The notes under the pieces were generated by a model, which saw only the letters and a list, made by a program, of their open reading frames with translations, was not told the origin of the DNA and did no database searches. Positions 25,798 to 40,192 of a stretch of 64,000 bases of DNA are shown here, one piece after another. The stretch is taken from contig NC_043020.1 in assembly GCF_006345805.1 (NCBI RefSeq), positions 29,078,001 to 29,142,000 on the forward strand, given 5' to 3'. The translations under genes and the position numbers were made by a program. Position 1 is the stretch's first letter, and each line of letters opens with the position of its first letter. This DNA comes from Octopus sinensis (taxonomy: Eukaryota).

Positions 25798-26081
25798 TAT
25801 ATCAAGGCAAGGAAACAGTAACACACACATGTACATACACACACTATATGTGTATGACAGGCTTCTTTTAGTTTCTGTCTACCAAATCCACTCACAAGAC
25901 TTTAGTTGGACCAGAACTATGTTAGAAGACACTTCCCACAGGTGCCTTGAGGTGGGAATGAACCTGGAACCATGTGGTTTAGAAACAAACTTTTTACTAT
26001 GCAGCCAAGCCCGCTTCTATATTTTCTGCCAGATAAATGTCGACATGTTCTACCATTCATTATAATCTGTGTTGTTTTCAG

Positions 26082-26182
26082 CATCCAAAACGGAAGAAAA
26101 TTCTAGAAGATTATGCTTTGCCCACATTCTTTCAAGACGATTTGTTCAGGTTATGCGGAGAAAAACAACGACCTCCATACAG
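26082..26182 (+). CDS. JMJD6: JMJD6 exon 4
   Basis: [33 protein letters not shown](R); phase 0-2; donor gtgagc. Confidence 0.96.
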
Positions 26183-27548
26183 GTGAGCTAATTAACGATT
26201 CCTTTTTTTGTCTTGTTCGAATATTTAGTACAACTGTAACTTTTTACTATTGTTTAGTACTGACCTCGATATTCAAAAAGATGTTCATGGATGGAATGTC
26301 TTTGAACATAGGTTTGTTTCACAAGGGTTAGGTACAATGCTAAACAGCCACCATTTCACTGTTACTCCCTGAGACTTTCTTTCTCTTTGTCTTTTCCGGT
26401 CCCTTAGCAGTGGGTCACGTTGTCCTCCCTTCAGCGATATCTACAAAACCTCAGCTCGGTTATCTCCCCTTCCCTTATACTTGTCCATTCATTTTCTTCC
26501 CTCCCTCTCTCGCTCTCTTTCTCTCACTATTTCCAGTGTTTCTTCAGTAAAAACAGATTCTGTCTCTCCAACAAATGCTTCTGCTTGTAACATTAGTCTT
26601 CCTTTCTTCCTGACAACGAAATAATTTATTCCACTTTGTGGACTTTATGTATTTACGAGCAGTATCGCCTGGGTTTGTTTCGACCCTTTAGAATTGGAAT
26701 TTTTGAAAAGTAAATATTTTGCATTATGTAACTTGTTATTCTCTTTAAGTGAACATTTTTCTGGTTGAAATACACCAAAAAACGGCGACACAGCAGTCAA
26801 AAAATCGTAAAAAATAGGGATTTTCATGGAAAAAAAGCACCTTTTTGATGTAAATAATTTTTGGTGTTAACACGGTCTGATTTGAATTTTGGTCAACTTG
26901 CACCACAGGGTCTTGGAGGAGATAATGTTAGTTGAAGGCTACCAAACCTGTCACACACAGACAACTTCAGCTTTATATAGAGAGAGATTTGTTGAGAGAG
27001 AGAGAGAGACCCTTTCAAGTCTTTTTGATTCTCTTGTTTCACTGCCTTGCATGGTGGTGATGTTCATCCAAGCTATTGTGCCTTGTCAAGACACACAGAC
27101 ACAGGACAGGCTTCCTTTTAGTTTGCATCTACCAAATCCACTCAAAGCACTGGTTGGTCTGGAGCGATGGTAGATGGCACTTTCCCAAGGTGCCTCACAT
27201 GGGGACAGAACCCGAAACCTCTTGGTTAGGAAGTGAATTTCTCATCCACAAATGCATTCCTCTGATAGTTGTTACAAAAATTGCATGCATGTGGATATGT
27301 CCATCTTGGCTCCTCTCAATATTTTCTGGTTCTAAGGCGGTGAGCTAGGAGAAACGTTAGAATGCCAGGCGAAATGCTTAGCGTTATTTCATCTGTCTTT
27401 ACGTTCTGAGTTCAAATTCCACCAAGGTCAACTTTGCCTTTCATCCTTTCGGGGTCGATAAATTAACTACCAGTTTGCATACTGGGGTTGATCTAATTGA
27501 ATGCCCCCTCCCCCTCCCCACAAATTTTGGGGTTTGAATATCTTCTAG

Positions 27549-27875
<327 letters not shown>

Positions 27876-29346
27876 TAAGTCACTGCTCATCTATGTTGTG
27901 AATTAAATTCTTGGATTTTGATGCAAAATAATTAGATTCCTGCCAATTTCCAGTTGCTTGATCAAGTAAATTAACTGCTTATTGAATTACTAAGTGGCCG
28001 ATGCCAGTGCCGCTGATCTAAAACTGCATTCATCGTCCCCCTCCCAAAATGTGATTTTCACCTGCAAGGGGGCGATTCACCCCTTGTTGAGAAAAACTGA
28101 TCTAATATTGGATCACCTCCTCTAATGCTCCCCTCTGTTGTGGCAAGGCCCCTGCTTCTGTCTGTGTCTCTTTGTCACACTCTACCCATTCATCCTCTGA
28201 CACAAGTTCCCCCTCCTCAAATGCCCTCTCCCCTTCTCATAATTCCTTGTCTTGTGAGTTACTTGGTTACCCTACCAAAGCTGGTGCCACGTAAAAAGCA
28301 TCAAGTCCACACTGTAAAGTGGTTTGCATTTGGAAGGGCATCCAGCTGTAAAAATCTTGCCAAAACTAACATTACCTGTGCTAGTGCCATGTAAAAAGCA
28401 CTGAATCCACTCTGAGGAGCGGTTGGTGTTAGGAAGGGCATCCAGCTGTAAAATCCCTGCCAAAACAGACACATTAGTCTAGGGTAATCTTTCTACCTGG
28501 CTGGCTCCAGTCAACCGTCCTATCCATGCATGCATGGAAGATGGACGTTAAAGATGATGATGATGATGATGATATATGTGTGTGTGTGTGTGTATGTATG
28601 ATGAGTTTCTTTCCCAAGGCTTTGGTTATCTGGAGTTATAGTAAAAGACAACTTGTCCAAAGTGCTTTAATAGCTAAGCACAAAAACTACACGGTTGCAA
28701 AGTCATAGTCCGATATGGGTCGGACAGATTGACAGGAATTGGTGAGTCAGGGGGCAGTGCCAAGCTGTTCCATCTGCTTTGGCATGGTCTCTACAGCTGG
28801 ATACCCTTCCTAATGCCAACCACTCCAAGAGTGTACCAGGTGCTTTTTTATTTTACAAGGCACCAGTGCCAGCAAGGTCACCAGTGCCAGCAAGGTCACC
28901 AGGTAACTTGTAAGAAAAAACCCCCCTTGACTGAGCGGGGAGTAGTATTGAAGGAGGTGGCTTTATGTCAGGTGATGAAAGGTTAGAGTATGAATAGAAG
29001 GACAAAAACAGATGTTGCGCTGTGGAGGAGATGCATGGCTACTCCAGTGAGAAAAGGAGAGACCAGATATCTCATTAGAAATGAATGAATATATATGTGT
29101 AATTATATATGACTGGATGAATGATATACTCTTTTACTTGTTTCAGTCATTTGACTGCGGCCATGCTGGAGCACCGCATTTAATCGAGCAACTCGACCCC
29201 GGGACTTATTCATTTGTAAGCCCAGTACTTATTCTATCGGTCTCTTTTGCCGAACCGCTAAGTAACGGAGACATAAACACACCAGCATTGGTTGTCAAGC
29301 AATGCTAGGGGGACAAGCACAGACACACAAACACACACACATACAT

Positions 29347-29384
<38 letters not shown>

Positions 29385-29648
29385 TATACGACAGGCTTCT
29401 TTCAGTTTCCGTCTACCAAATCCACTCACAAGGCTTTGGTTGGCCTGAGGCTATAGTAGAAGACACTTGCCCAAGGTGCCACGCAGTGGGACTGAACCCG
29501 GAACCATGTGGTTGGTAAGCAAGCTACTTACCACACAGCCACTCCTATATTATGCTTCGTTAAAGCATGACAATTATGCAAGATATCAGCTTTTGTTTTT
29601 GTTTCATTTAGTTGGAGCACACTGTATGGCTTCATTCATGAAGCCATA

Positions 29649-29760
29649 TGAATGACTTCAGCTAACCTCATTAATCTGAATGACTTCAGTTAACCTCATT
29701 AATCTGAATGACTTCAGTTAACCTCATTAATCTGAATGACTTCAGCTAACCTCGTTAGTC
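29649..29760. repeat. 28-bp minisatellite x4
   Basis: Unit TGAATGACTTCAG(C/T)TAACCTCATTAATC. Confidence 0.9.
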
Positions 29761-30039
29761 TGAAATGTGTGTGTTTTATTGCACAATTATGTGTCTTTAT
29801 TGGCGGCATAGCACAATTATAAATATAAAATTCAGTGTTTGATGTGTGAGATCCAGCTCCTGCTTTGATCTCATTCAAGAAAAAGGCCATTAGCTACGGC
29901 ACATCATACAATCAGGCTGAAAGTACGTGGTTCTTGTTTGGCTCTCAAGTAAAGTAATCCAAGCATGACCATCCCAATTTTGTTTTAGGAACAGTGTTCC
30001 CCAGACTACATTATCTGATGTCTTTTTTTATTTTTTAAA

Positions 30040-30272
30040 ATCCTTTTACATTCAGATTTCTTTGTCAAATGTAATGCTTATTTATTCGCATTTATTTTGA
30101 ATTAATCTTGCATTATCTCATAATCTCATTTGAGATTTGGATTATGTGAATGTTACTTTTGGAATGACATTGCAAGGTAGATATGAGAGGCTGGATCTGG
30201 CCAGTTTGAACTTAAAATAAGTAGAATATTTTGGCTGGCTGCATATGGCTGGTTTAAATGCTAAAGGGTTAA
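30040..30272. mobile_element. Second MITE-like family (TAAAGGGTTAA end)
   Basis: Shares GTCAAATGTAATGCTTAT...GAATTAATC with ~33170-33330 and ~45350-45540. Confidence 0.55.
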
Positions 30273-31148
30273 AATAGAGCTTTTGAGTTTTGAGAGAGAT
30301 TTGGCTGCTATTTCTAACAAATTGGGTGATCACGTAGAAGTTCCTTCATTGGAATGGTTAAAATCTTTAACTAATACTTGTGCAATCCATGACCTAAGAT
30401 CACTTAATAATTTCATAACAGCTAATTCTTCATGTTTCCTATACATGAGAATGTGTGAGGCAATTCAGTTGGTGGATTCTGGGTTAGCAGCAGTTTCTTT
30501 TTCTTACAGATTAGGGGTGCCTTATAAGCCTCAAAATATGGTGTGTGTGTGTATGTTATTCTTTTATTTGTTTCAGTCATTTGACTGTGGTCATGCTAAA
30601 GCACCGCCTTTAGTCGGATAAAGTATGAGCTGTTGTGATAGAGGTGGAGGCGACGGTGATGATGGTGGTGGTGGTCAGTCGAGGGTGATGGTGATAGTAA
30701 GTGATATAAAAGACTGTGGTGATTTGTGGTGGAGGGAAAGGCAGAGAAGTCAAAGGTGGTGGCGTCAGAAGTGTGAATGGTGTGTTTATGGCAGTTGTGA
30801 TGGTGGTGGTGGTTGAAAAAACAGAAATAGAGAGAGAGAGAGAAAGAAAGAAAGAGATTAAACAGAAAAAGAAATTGTACTGATCCCTGAATGGCAAGAC
30901 ATAAAATGTTGTTTATCATGCAGCTTTGCAATAAGTTCCAAGTTGACAAATTATATTGCTTTGATAAAAATTGTTCATTGCTTCGAAAATATTGGTCAAT
31001 TTAATGAAATTTAATATGTACTCAATGCAAGAAGTGCCATTATTAGGTCCAAGGCCGAATGAAGAGCCCTTCACAGGAACTAGCTCAAAAGCCTCCTAAT
31101 ACGGTGGCTTTTAAGCATATATATATATTTATTTATTTATTATTATGT

Positions 31149-31411
31149 GCCCTTTTCAAACCTAGCCAGGCTCATGGGCCCGGTTTCTGTGGCGTATGTG
31201 TTCCCCCCAGTTGGACGGGACACCAGTCCATCGCAGCATTACTCAAGAAACAGGAAGAGAGAGTGAGAGAAAGTTGGGGCGAAAGAGTACAACAGGGGTC
31301 CCCCCCCCCTGTCGGGGCCTTGTCAAGCTTTAGGTGTTTTCACTCAATAAATACTCACAATGTCCAGTCTGGGAATCGAAACCGCGAGTCTGCTGCCCTA
31401 ACCACTGGGCC
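31149..31411 (-). mobile_element. tRNA SINE with V-domain-like core
   Basis: Core ATGGACTGGTGTCCCGTCCAACTGG. Other copies at 55504-55791 (+) and ~62555-62830 (+). Confidence 0.7.
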
Positions 31412-32917
31412 ATTGCATGCAGGTTTTCATGTGTCCTCACCTTGGCATTGTGTTATGGTTGTTAACAAACATCACATTGTTTGCACTCTTCTATAAAAAC
31501 ATGTCTAATCATTCTGTTGTCTGTGCTTTGAATGACTCAGGGTTTTGGATGGGGTGTGTTACTAGCATGTCTGGAAAGATGTGAGGATTGGTGACAGTAA
31601 AGGCTTCTGTGTGTAGGAAATCTGCCTCAGTGGATTTCACCTGATTCAAGCAAGCATGGCAAAATGAATATTGGATTGATAATGGTGATAGTAATACACT
31701 CTGAGACTCATTTTGTATTTAAACAAGCACAAAAATTTTTTTCTGTAATAATATTTTACAGTCACTGGAGTGTGTAACATCAGTTGTTCCACACTCCACT
31801 GATTACAAAAAGATAAAAAGCAGCGCAGTTCTATTTATTTGTTTGTTTTTGTTCCAGTTCTTTTCTCATGTAATTCAGAAAACTCACACAGCAAATCTCT
31901 TTTATAAAATATTGAGTTGAATTGTTTCCATAATTAATGTTCCGTATTGTTCATTGTTTTCCGTTCTGAGTTCAGATTCAAGTAAGGTCAACTCTGCTTT
32001 TCTTCCTTTCAAGGTTGATTGAAATAAGTATCAATTAGGATCAGTATAATTGACTAGGCCCCAACCTCCACCCCACCAAATTTCAGGCCCTGTTTCATCA
32101 TCATCATCATCTATTTCTTTACTACCCACAAGGGGCTAAACACAGAGAGGACAAACAAGGACAGACAAACGGATTAGGTCGATTATATCGACCCCAGTAC
32201 GTAACTGGTACTTACTTAATCGACCCCGAAAGGATGAAAGGCAAAGTCGACCATGGCGGAATTTGAACTCAGAACGTAACGGCAGACGAAATACTGCTTA
32301 GCATTTCGCCCGGCGTGCTAACGTTTCTGCCAGCTCGCCGCCTCATCATCATCATCGTTTAACGTCTGTTTTTCGTGCTAGCACGGGTTGGACGGTTCAA
32401 TCAGGGTCTTGGAAGCCAGGAGGCTGCACCAGGCTCCAGTCTGATCTGGCAGTGTTTCTACAGCTGGATGCCCTTTCTAACGCCAACCACTCCATGAGTG
32501 TAGTGGGTGCTTTTTACGTGCCATGGGAGGCTGGCAACGGCCATGATCGGTTGGTGCTTTTATATGCCACCGGCACAGAAGCCAGTCAAGACGGCGCTGG
32601 CATTGGCCACGTTCGGACGGTCCTTTTTACGTCCCGCCGGCACAGGTATCGTAACTACAATTCCTATTTGATATTTATTTTGATGTTGATGTACTTGACT
32701 CAATAGGTCTCCTCAAGCGCAGCAGGTCACCCTACGATCCAAGGTAAGCACAGCAGGTCGTTCTGCAATCCAGGGTACTTTGGATGGGCTGGGGCTATGC
32801 GAAACTGGTGCAGGAAGCAGCCTGGGTCTATAGTAGAAAGGATTGTTAATGTCGCAAGTGTTTGGTATACTTCTCACCTACTTAAACTAATTCCCATATG
32901 TGTTTGTACTGTTACAG

Positions 32918-33065
32918 GTGGTGTTTGTTGCCAACGCATACGCCGAAAGATCTGGTGAAGGTGCCACACTGTGAAGGAGGAAAACAAAGAGACGAAGCTA
33001 TTACCTGGTTCCGATACGTTTATCCCAGAACCCAGCTGCCATCTTGGCCCCGTGATTGTGCTCCT
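32918..33065 (+). CDS. JMJD6: JMJD6 exon 6
   Basis: [15 protein letters not shown]...[25 protein letters not shown]; phase 2-0. Confidence 0.96.
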
Positions 33066-34677
33066 GTAAGTGAAATTAACCCGTGTACTAGTGTTGGTTG
33101 TGTAGAGAAGGAATGAGCCTGTCTGACCATTGCGTTTCAACCCCCTTCGCAATCAGCTTTCTCTATCAAATATAATGCTTGTTCATTCGCATTGTTTTAA
33201 ATTAATCCGCTCGTATTCAGATTATCCTATTATTCATTGATTTTGTTTTGAATTAAATATGTGTTATCTTGTAGCTTTGAGATTTCATTGATGTAAATGT
33301 TTATTTTTAGAATGACATTGTAGGGTATGTGTGGTCCCTTGTTCTAAACCCTGGCTATCAGATGTAGATACTAACTAAATCTGTGAATACTTCACTTGTT
33401 TGATCACCGTGTCCACTTTTTAATCATCTGGGTCTTGCCTCTTTGCTATTGGACCAGGAAAAAGATTCAAGGGTTTTAATCATGGCCTGCGTGGGGGATG
33501 ACTGTGTTCCCATGGGTCATCTGCCATAAGGTGGCATGTAATTGCTGTTTCTGTCTTCTACATTGAAGGCACACCCTGACACCTCATCACTACCAGCTCC
33601 AGTTCTGATCCAGTTACTCCCACCTGACCATACGTAATGCGAATTACATGTCAATTTCATCAATGCTTGTATCATGAAAAATGTGCCTTCTACACTTTGT
33701 CAAGCAATTGGTAGCTGTATCCAGCCATAGAAACTATGCCTGAGCAGAGATTAGGGGCTTGGTGCAGTCCTTCAACTTGCTAAATCCTGTTAACACAAGC
33801 ACAAAGATTCACACACACATGGTAGGCTTCTATCAGTTTCCGTCTACCAAATTCACTTACAAGGTATTGGTTGACTGGGAGATTCAGTAGAAGACACTTG
33901 CCCAAGGTGCCACACAGTGGAACTGAACCCAGAACCATGTGGTTGGGAAGCAAGCTTCTCACCACACAGCCACTCCTATATGAAATGTCTAATGAAAATA
34001 TCCAGTTTTAATTTATGCAGTGGATCATCCTCATCATTTAACATCTGTTGTCCATGCTGGCATGGGTTGGACTAAAGAGTTATGTATAGGAAACTGTTAA
34101 AATTGGTGGACATGAAATACAGGGTAAAGATGGCATTAAAAGAGAGCCTTATAAAGTTGCCCTCCACCTACACATCTTCCCACACTGCCATCATCCACAC
34201 CATTACTCCCCCCTCCTAGAAACCACATGCACTCTATACCACTAAACACACACACACACACACATCTCCCCCTTTGCCTATCTCTGTACACAGATACTCT
34301 TCTACACCTGCACACACCACTCTTCCTCCCATAGAACTGCATTCCCATCTGGCTCTAAGCCCCTGCTTTTCAAACCACCTTTTTTCTTTTTTTCCCATCA
34401 CCTTTGCCCATTTCTTTCTTTCTTTTTATGAAGGGCTAACATCCACATACACACACGGCAGTAACTTCCGCCTACCGAATTCAATCACAAAGCTCCGGTC
34501 GGCTCAAGGCTATAGCGGAAGACACCTACCCAAAGTCCACGCAGTGGGACTGAACCCGAAACCATGTAATTAGGAAGCAAGCTCCCTAACCACACAGCCA
34601 TGCCCGCGCCTACTTTATGTGTTAAATACATTTGTTAGAACTTGTCCCTCTCGTGTCTTCTTTTTGTGTTCATTGCC

Positions 34678-34716
<39 letters not shown>

Positions 34717-34773
34717 TCAGTATTATGTTTTATACATTATAAAAAAGATGCAATTTTACTCTATACTTGACAG

Positions 34774-34962
34774 CTTGAAATATTACAGAAGCCTGGGGAG
34801 ACCGTGTTTGTCCCCACAGGTTGGTGGCATGTTGTCATCAACCTGGACAACACCATTGCTTTAACTCAGAACTTTTGCAGCTTTAACAATTTCCACATAG
34901 TTTGGCACAAAACAGTTCGTGGAAGACCAAAATTATCGAAAAAATGGTACAAAATATTAAAA
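34774..34962 (+). CDS. JMJD6: JMJD6 exon 7 (third Fe ligand and AT-hook-like motif)
   Basis: [34 protein letters not shown]...[16 protein letters not shown]; 189 nt. Confidence 0.97.
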
Positions 34963-35540
34963 GTAAGTAAAAATTAAACATTTTTATGTTTTCTGTTGGA
35001 TCTAGTTTTAATATTTGAATTCTTTAAGAAATCAAACTTCACAAGGATGGTTTGATAACGACATGTTTGTTAATTAGCTTGTCTTGAAAAGATCAAATGG
35101 TGAGATAGCTGTTTAACGAATCTAACCCAGACTGATGAGATGACCCAGGACAGCAATGGATCTTTCTCCCCATAAAGACATTCAATAGTCCATTGCTGGT
35201 ATTTAAGCAAAAAATTCAGACTAAATCAAATTAAACAAAAAATTTTGTTTTTCTGTATTTATATGAATTCCTGTAGAACAGAAATATGCAAAAGTTTTCT
35301 GAAAATACCAAAAAGTATAAAAGTTATGGTGGGGTTATATGAAGTGTAAGAAGTTAAGGGCTGAAATGCTTGCTTGGGGGGAGGTTCTTATGAAGACATG
35401 CTGTTCGTCTCTTTTGAGAGTTTCTTGCCACTACAATGAATTTAATGCTGGGAAATTACAGTAATATAACCAACCGTGCCCTCCCCCAAAACATAACCTC
35501 TGTGGCTTTGTACTTGTGTTACAAATGTATATTTCCATAA

Positions 35541-36161
35541 GGCGGCAAGCTGGCAGAATCGTTAGCATGCCGGGCGAAATGCTTTGTGGTATTTCGTCTG
35601 CCGCTACGTTCTGAGTTCAAATTCCACCGAGGTCGGCTTTGCCTTTCATCCTTTCGGGGTCGATAAATTAAATACCTATTTCTTTATTACCCACAAGGGG
35701 CTAAACGCAAAGGGGACAGACAAACGGATTAAGTCGATTATATTGACCCAGTGCGTAACTGGTACTTAATTTATCGACCTCGAAAGGATGAAAGGCAAAG
35801 TAGACCTTGGCGGGATTTGAACTCAGAACGTAGTGGCAGGCGAAATACTGCAAAGCATTTCGCCCGACGTGCTAACATTTCTGCCAGCTCGCGCCGATAA
35901 ATTAAATACCAGTTACACACTGGGGTCGATGTAATCGACTTAATCCGTTTGTCTGTCCTTGTTTGTCCCCTCTGTGTTTAGCCCCTTGTGAGTAATAAAG
36001 AAACAGGTATTTCGTCTGCCTTTACATTCTGAGGTCGACTTTGCCTTTCATCATTTCGGGGTCGATAAATTAAGTACCAGTTGTATACTGGGGTTGATGT
36101 AATCGACTTAATCTGTTTGTTTGTCCCCTCTGTGTTTAGCCCCTTGTAGGTAGTAAAGAAA
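35541..36161. mobile_element. Nested family-M SINEs (plus-strand dimer interrupted by a minus-strand copy)
   Basis: Inner copy 35677-35894 with 16-bp TSD CGATAAATTAAATACC (35661-35676 and 35895-35910). The outer composite is flanked by AAATGTATATTT. Confidence 0.85.
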
Positions 36162-36211
36162 TAAAATGTATATTTGCATTAACAAAGTTTTTTTCTGGTG
36201 TCTTTTAATAG

Positions 36212-36366
36212 TCAGTTCGTCCAGATGTTGCTGCCATTGCTGATAGCATTGATCTACAGAAACCGATCGGCGTCAACTCAGACAGTTCCAGCTCTGCATC
36301 CTCAAGTTCATCTGATTCTGACAGTGATTCCAGCAGTGACAGTTCAATTCCTGTTGTGAGGAAACG
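36212..36366 (+). CDS. JMJD6: JMJD6 exon 8 (poly-Ser region)
   Basis: SVRPDVAAIADSIDLQKPIGVNSDSSSS...IPVVRK(R); donor gtcagt at 36367; phase 0-2. Confidence 0.9.
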
Positions 36367-36818
36367 GTCAGTTATTATATTTCTTATATATTTTGGGTGT
36401 GTGAGAGAGAGAGAGAGAGAGAGAGACTGTGGGTGGGTCTGTTTCCCAACCACATGGTTTTGGGTGCTTTTTTAGTGGCACCAGCATCAGTGAGGTTGCC
36501 ATGGAACAAGCAAGATGAGAGAACTGCTTCACTGAGAGAAGAAATGAGAGATTGGGGAGAGGAGTGATTTTGGGTGAGGTGGTGAAAGAGTGAAGTACGA
36601 TGGAAGAGATTTAGTTGTGAGGGTGGGGAAGGGGGAGAGAGAGAGTGTACAGGTTTGAAGGTGATGAGGTGGGGGTGTTGTGTTGGTAGGGATCCAGCAC
36701 TATCCCGTGTTAAGAGATAAATGTGGGTGGGTATGAGTGAGGGAGAGATTTTTATTGTGAATTAACGTTGGTAAACTCCATTCCTCATTTTTTTGCTTTT
36801 TGCTTTTTCTTTTTGCAG

Positions 36819-36975
36819 GCGTCGCACGTGCTGCCGGAGTCGTTCGACATCCAAATCTTCATCACATTCTCTCATCTCCTCCAGCTGCAACTCCCGCTCG
36901 TCTCAGTCTTGCACTGCTGCCGGCGCCGTTGACAGGACACACAACTCCGACACGAGTTCCAAACACTCGAGATGA
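36819..36975 (+). CDS. JMJD6: JMJD6 exon 9 (last coding exon)
   Basis: Strong acceptor ttttgcag; (R)RRTCCRSRS...SKHSR*. KRRRTC matches vertebrate KKRRTC. Total CDS is 1266 nt (421 aa). Confidence 0.88.
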
Positions 36976-37426
36976 TGACAGCTTTACTTAATAATAATTC
37001 TACATCTGTGTGTGCGTGTCTGTGTGTGAGCGTGTGTGCGTGTGTGATATCTACGTTTAGTGACATTATTACATACTACATTCACCTGCTGAGTGTTACC
37101 AAAATGAAAAAATAACAAAAAAAATCAAGCTTTATAGTTCCAACTCTTAGAATATCAATTTTTTCAAGAAAAAGCGGTGAAAAACGCGAATGTTTCCGCA
37201 TGTTTGCCGTAAATTTAACTCCCGCACATGCACACACATGTATAAGGAAGCAAAACACTTAGTCTTATACACAGTGAAGTTTCATGTATGCCTGACTTGA
37301 GGAATTCCCCTTGTCTTCCGAACCATGGAGAAAGGTGTTCAGAGTTAAGGCCAGTGTTATGGAAGTCATTCAGAACTCTATTGTATCTCTCAGTTAGTCG
37401 GAAATGGAACCAGAGCAATGTGGAAG

Positions 37427-37461
<35 letters not shown>

Positions 37462-39344
37462 TTGTATTTTATTTTTTTAATCAATTGATAGCTGCTTGTG
37501 TTAGCAGAGTTTGCTGCCTGTGGTCACAGTTGCATAGGACACACCCCGATCGGAACAGATCAAAACTGGACACCAGCTTTCAAGAGAGAATTTATCAAAT
37601 TGACACAGATTTTTTTTTTTTTCTCTGCTTTTATGTGAAAATTGTGAAGGTGTGAGACCTAGTGGCTAGGGTGGTTGGACTTGCAACGAAAATGGTTGTG
37701 GGTTCAATTCCTGGACTTGGTGGCAGCCGGTTGTATCCTTGAATGAGGTACTTCATTCCAAATTGCTCCAGTCTACACAACAGTAAATGACTACCAGTCT
37801 GATTCTGGTACAGCCCTTTTTCCCTTCTGCAGTCACATCCCACAGTTGGGATGGCTTTAGAGGGTTCCTATGTCTTCTTATGACTACATAGCACCTAAAA
37901 CAATTATCAACAACATGCTCTATGCTTCAAAGTCACATGCACTTTTGAGTGATGGCCATGGTTTTGGATTTGAGAAAAATAATTTCTGAAATTCTCTTTG
38001 TTTTATTTTCCTTGTCTGGGAATATTTTTATTTTTATTTTCGTTTTTTTTTTTTCTGTCATAATCAACATCTTTCCTTGAATTTCCCTAATTCACCTTTT
38101 CCATTTGTTAGTTTAAATTCCCAATATTTCCTCCTCACCTCTCTTCCGTGTTTTCCTCCCCATCTTTCTCTCCGCTCCTATTTCAAACATCCTTCTTTTA
38201 GCCAGCTCTTATAGAGCACCAGACAGCCTGGAGATTATCTCTGCAATTGCCAAAACCTTATTCTGTAGATATTTGTAAACACATCCTCACAATTTCTTTA
38301 GCTATTTTCCAAAGGTCACCATCATTACCATCACCATCGTCATCATCATCATCTTCCCATCCTCCCTTGCTGCAAATTTCCTTTCCTCCTCTCCGTCATC
38401 ACACACATTGTCATCGCATCATTGCTTTCATTGCTATTTAACTGTCTGCTACTTTAAGTCTTACCATTAGACCTCAATTTGAGCTTCTCCTAAATCTTGC
38501 ATATCCAACCCTCTCAGGACACTATTTACTTTCCAAAGGACGAAAAACCCCAACTGGCCCCTATTCCTCAACAATTCCATAACGATACTGCCACAAAAGT
38601 TTCTAATTTAATTCCATTTTTTTTGTTTGTTTGGCTTTTTTTTTTTTTTTTCCCCCCGGGTAGGGAATCTTAACACCAATCCCTAAAAGCCCTTCTTTCA
38701 ATCCCTTTCCTGTTACCAATATAATTTATCATATTTTTTCCCCTTTCAATATATCTTTAATTCTAATTTCAATTGTTTTCTTTTTTTTTTTTCCAAAACA
38801 TTTTCTCTTCAAACCTAATTTATTTTTTCAATAAATATTCTTCTCTCTCTTTTAGCATTCCAAAGTTTTCTTCCTTCTTTCTTTTTTTCCTTTTTTTTCC
38901 TTTTAGATTCGTAGTTTCTAGAGTCTTTCTTGTTACAATTACTTTACTTACTCAAGCTGTTCTTTTCCATCCTCATTCTATATATATGTATATATATGTG
39001 TATATATATATCTATATAAATTAAAATAAACACGAGTTTATATTATTATTATTATTATTATTATTGATAATTCCACCAAGGTCAACTTTGCCTTTCATCA
39101 TTTTGGAGTCGATAAAATAGGTACCAGTTGTACACTGGGGTTAATGTAATCGACTCATCCCCTCCCACCAAATTGCTGCCCCTGTGGCAAAATTTGAGAC
39201 CATTATTATTATTATTAATTCCTACATATATTTCACCATTCTGGTTGCTTGGAACCCTGCATTGGATGTTCCGAGGGCATTTGGATGCTTAACTGGAATG
39301 AATCATTAGGGAACACAATATTGCATTAAGTTACAAAAAAATCT

Positions 39345-39908
39345 ATATGTATATGTGTATATATGTATATATACATATGTCTATACATGTATGTTTATGT
39401 ATATATATATGTCTATGCATATATATATATGTATGTATATATATATTTGTATATATATATATATGTGTTTATATATGTGTATGTATGTATATATATGTGT
39501 ATATATATATATGTGTATATATGTATGTATATATATGTGTATATATGTATATATATATATGTGTATATATATGTGTATATATGTATGTATATATATGTGT
39601 ATATATATATATGTGTATATATGTATATATATATGTGTATATATATATATATATATGTGTATATATGTATATATATATATGTGTATATATGTTTGTATAT
39701 ATATGTGTATATATGTTTGTATATATATGTGTATATATGTATATATAATATTTGTATATATATGTGTATATATATATATATTTGTATATATATGTGTATT
39801 ATATATATATATATTGTATATATATATGTATATATATATAATATTTGTATATATATATATAATATTTGTATATATATATATGTGTATATATATATAATAT
39901 AATATATA

Positions 39909-39943
<35 letters not shown>

Positions 39944-40192
39944 TTGTATATATGTGTATATATATATAATATAATATTTGTATATGTGTATATATATATA
40001 ATATTTGTATATGTGTATATATATATATAATATTTGTATATGTGTATATATATATATAATATTTGTATATGTGTATATATATATAATTGTATGTATATGT
40101 GTATATATATATAATTGTATATATATGTGTATATATATATATAATATTTGTATATATAATATTTGTATATATATGTGTATATATATATATGC
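39345..40192. repeat. Compound (TA)/(TG) microsatellite with higher-order blocks
   Basis: About 850 bp of TA/TG/TTTG units; source of the spurious Y/I/V/C ORFs. Confidence 0.95.
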
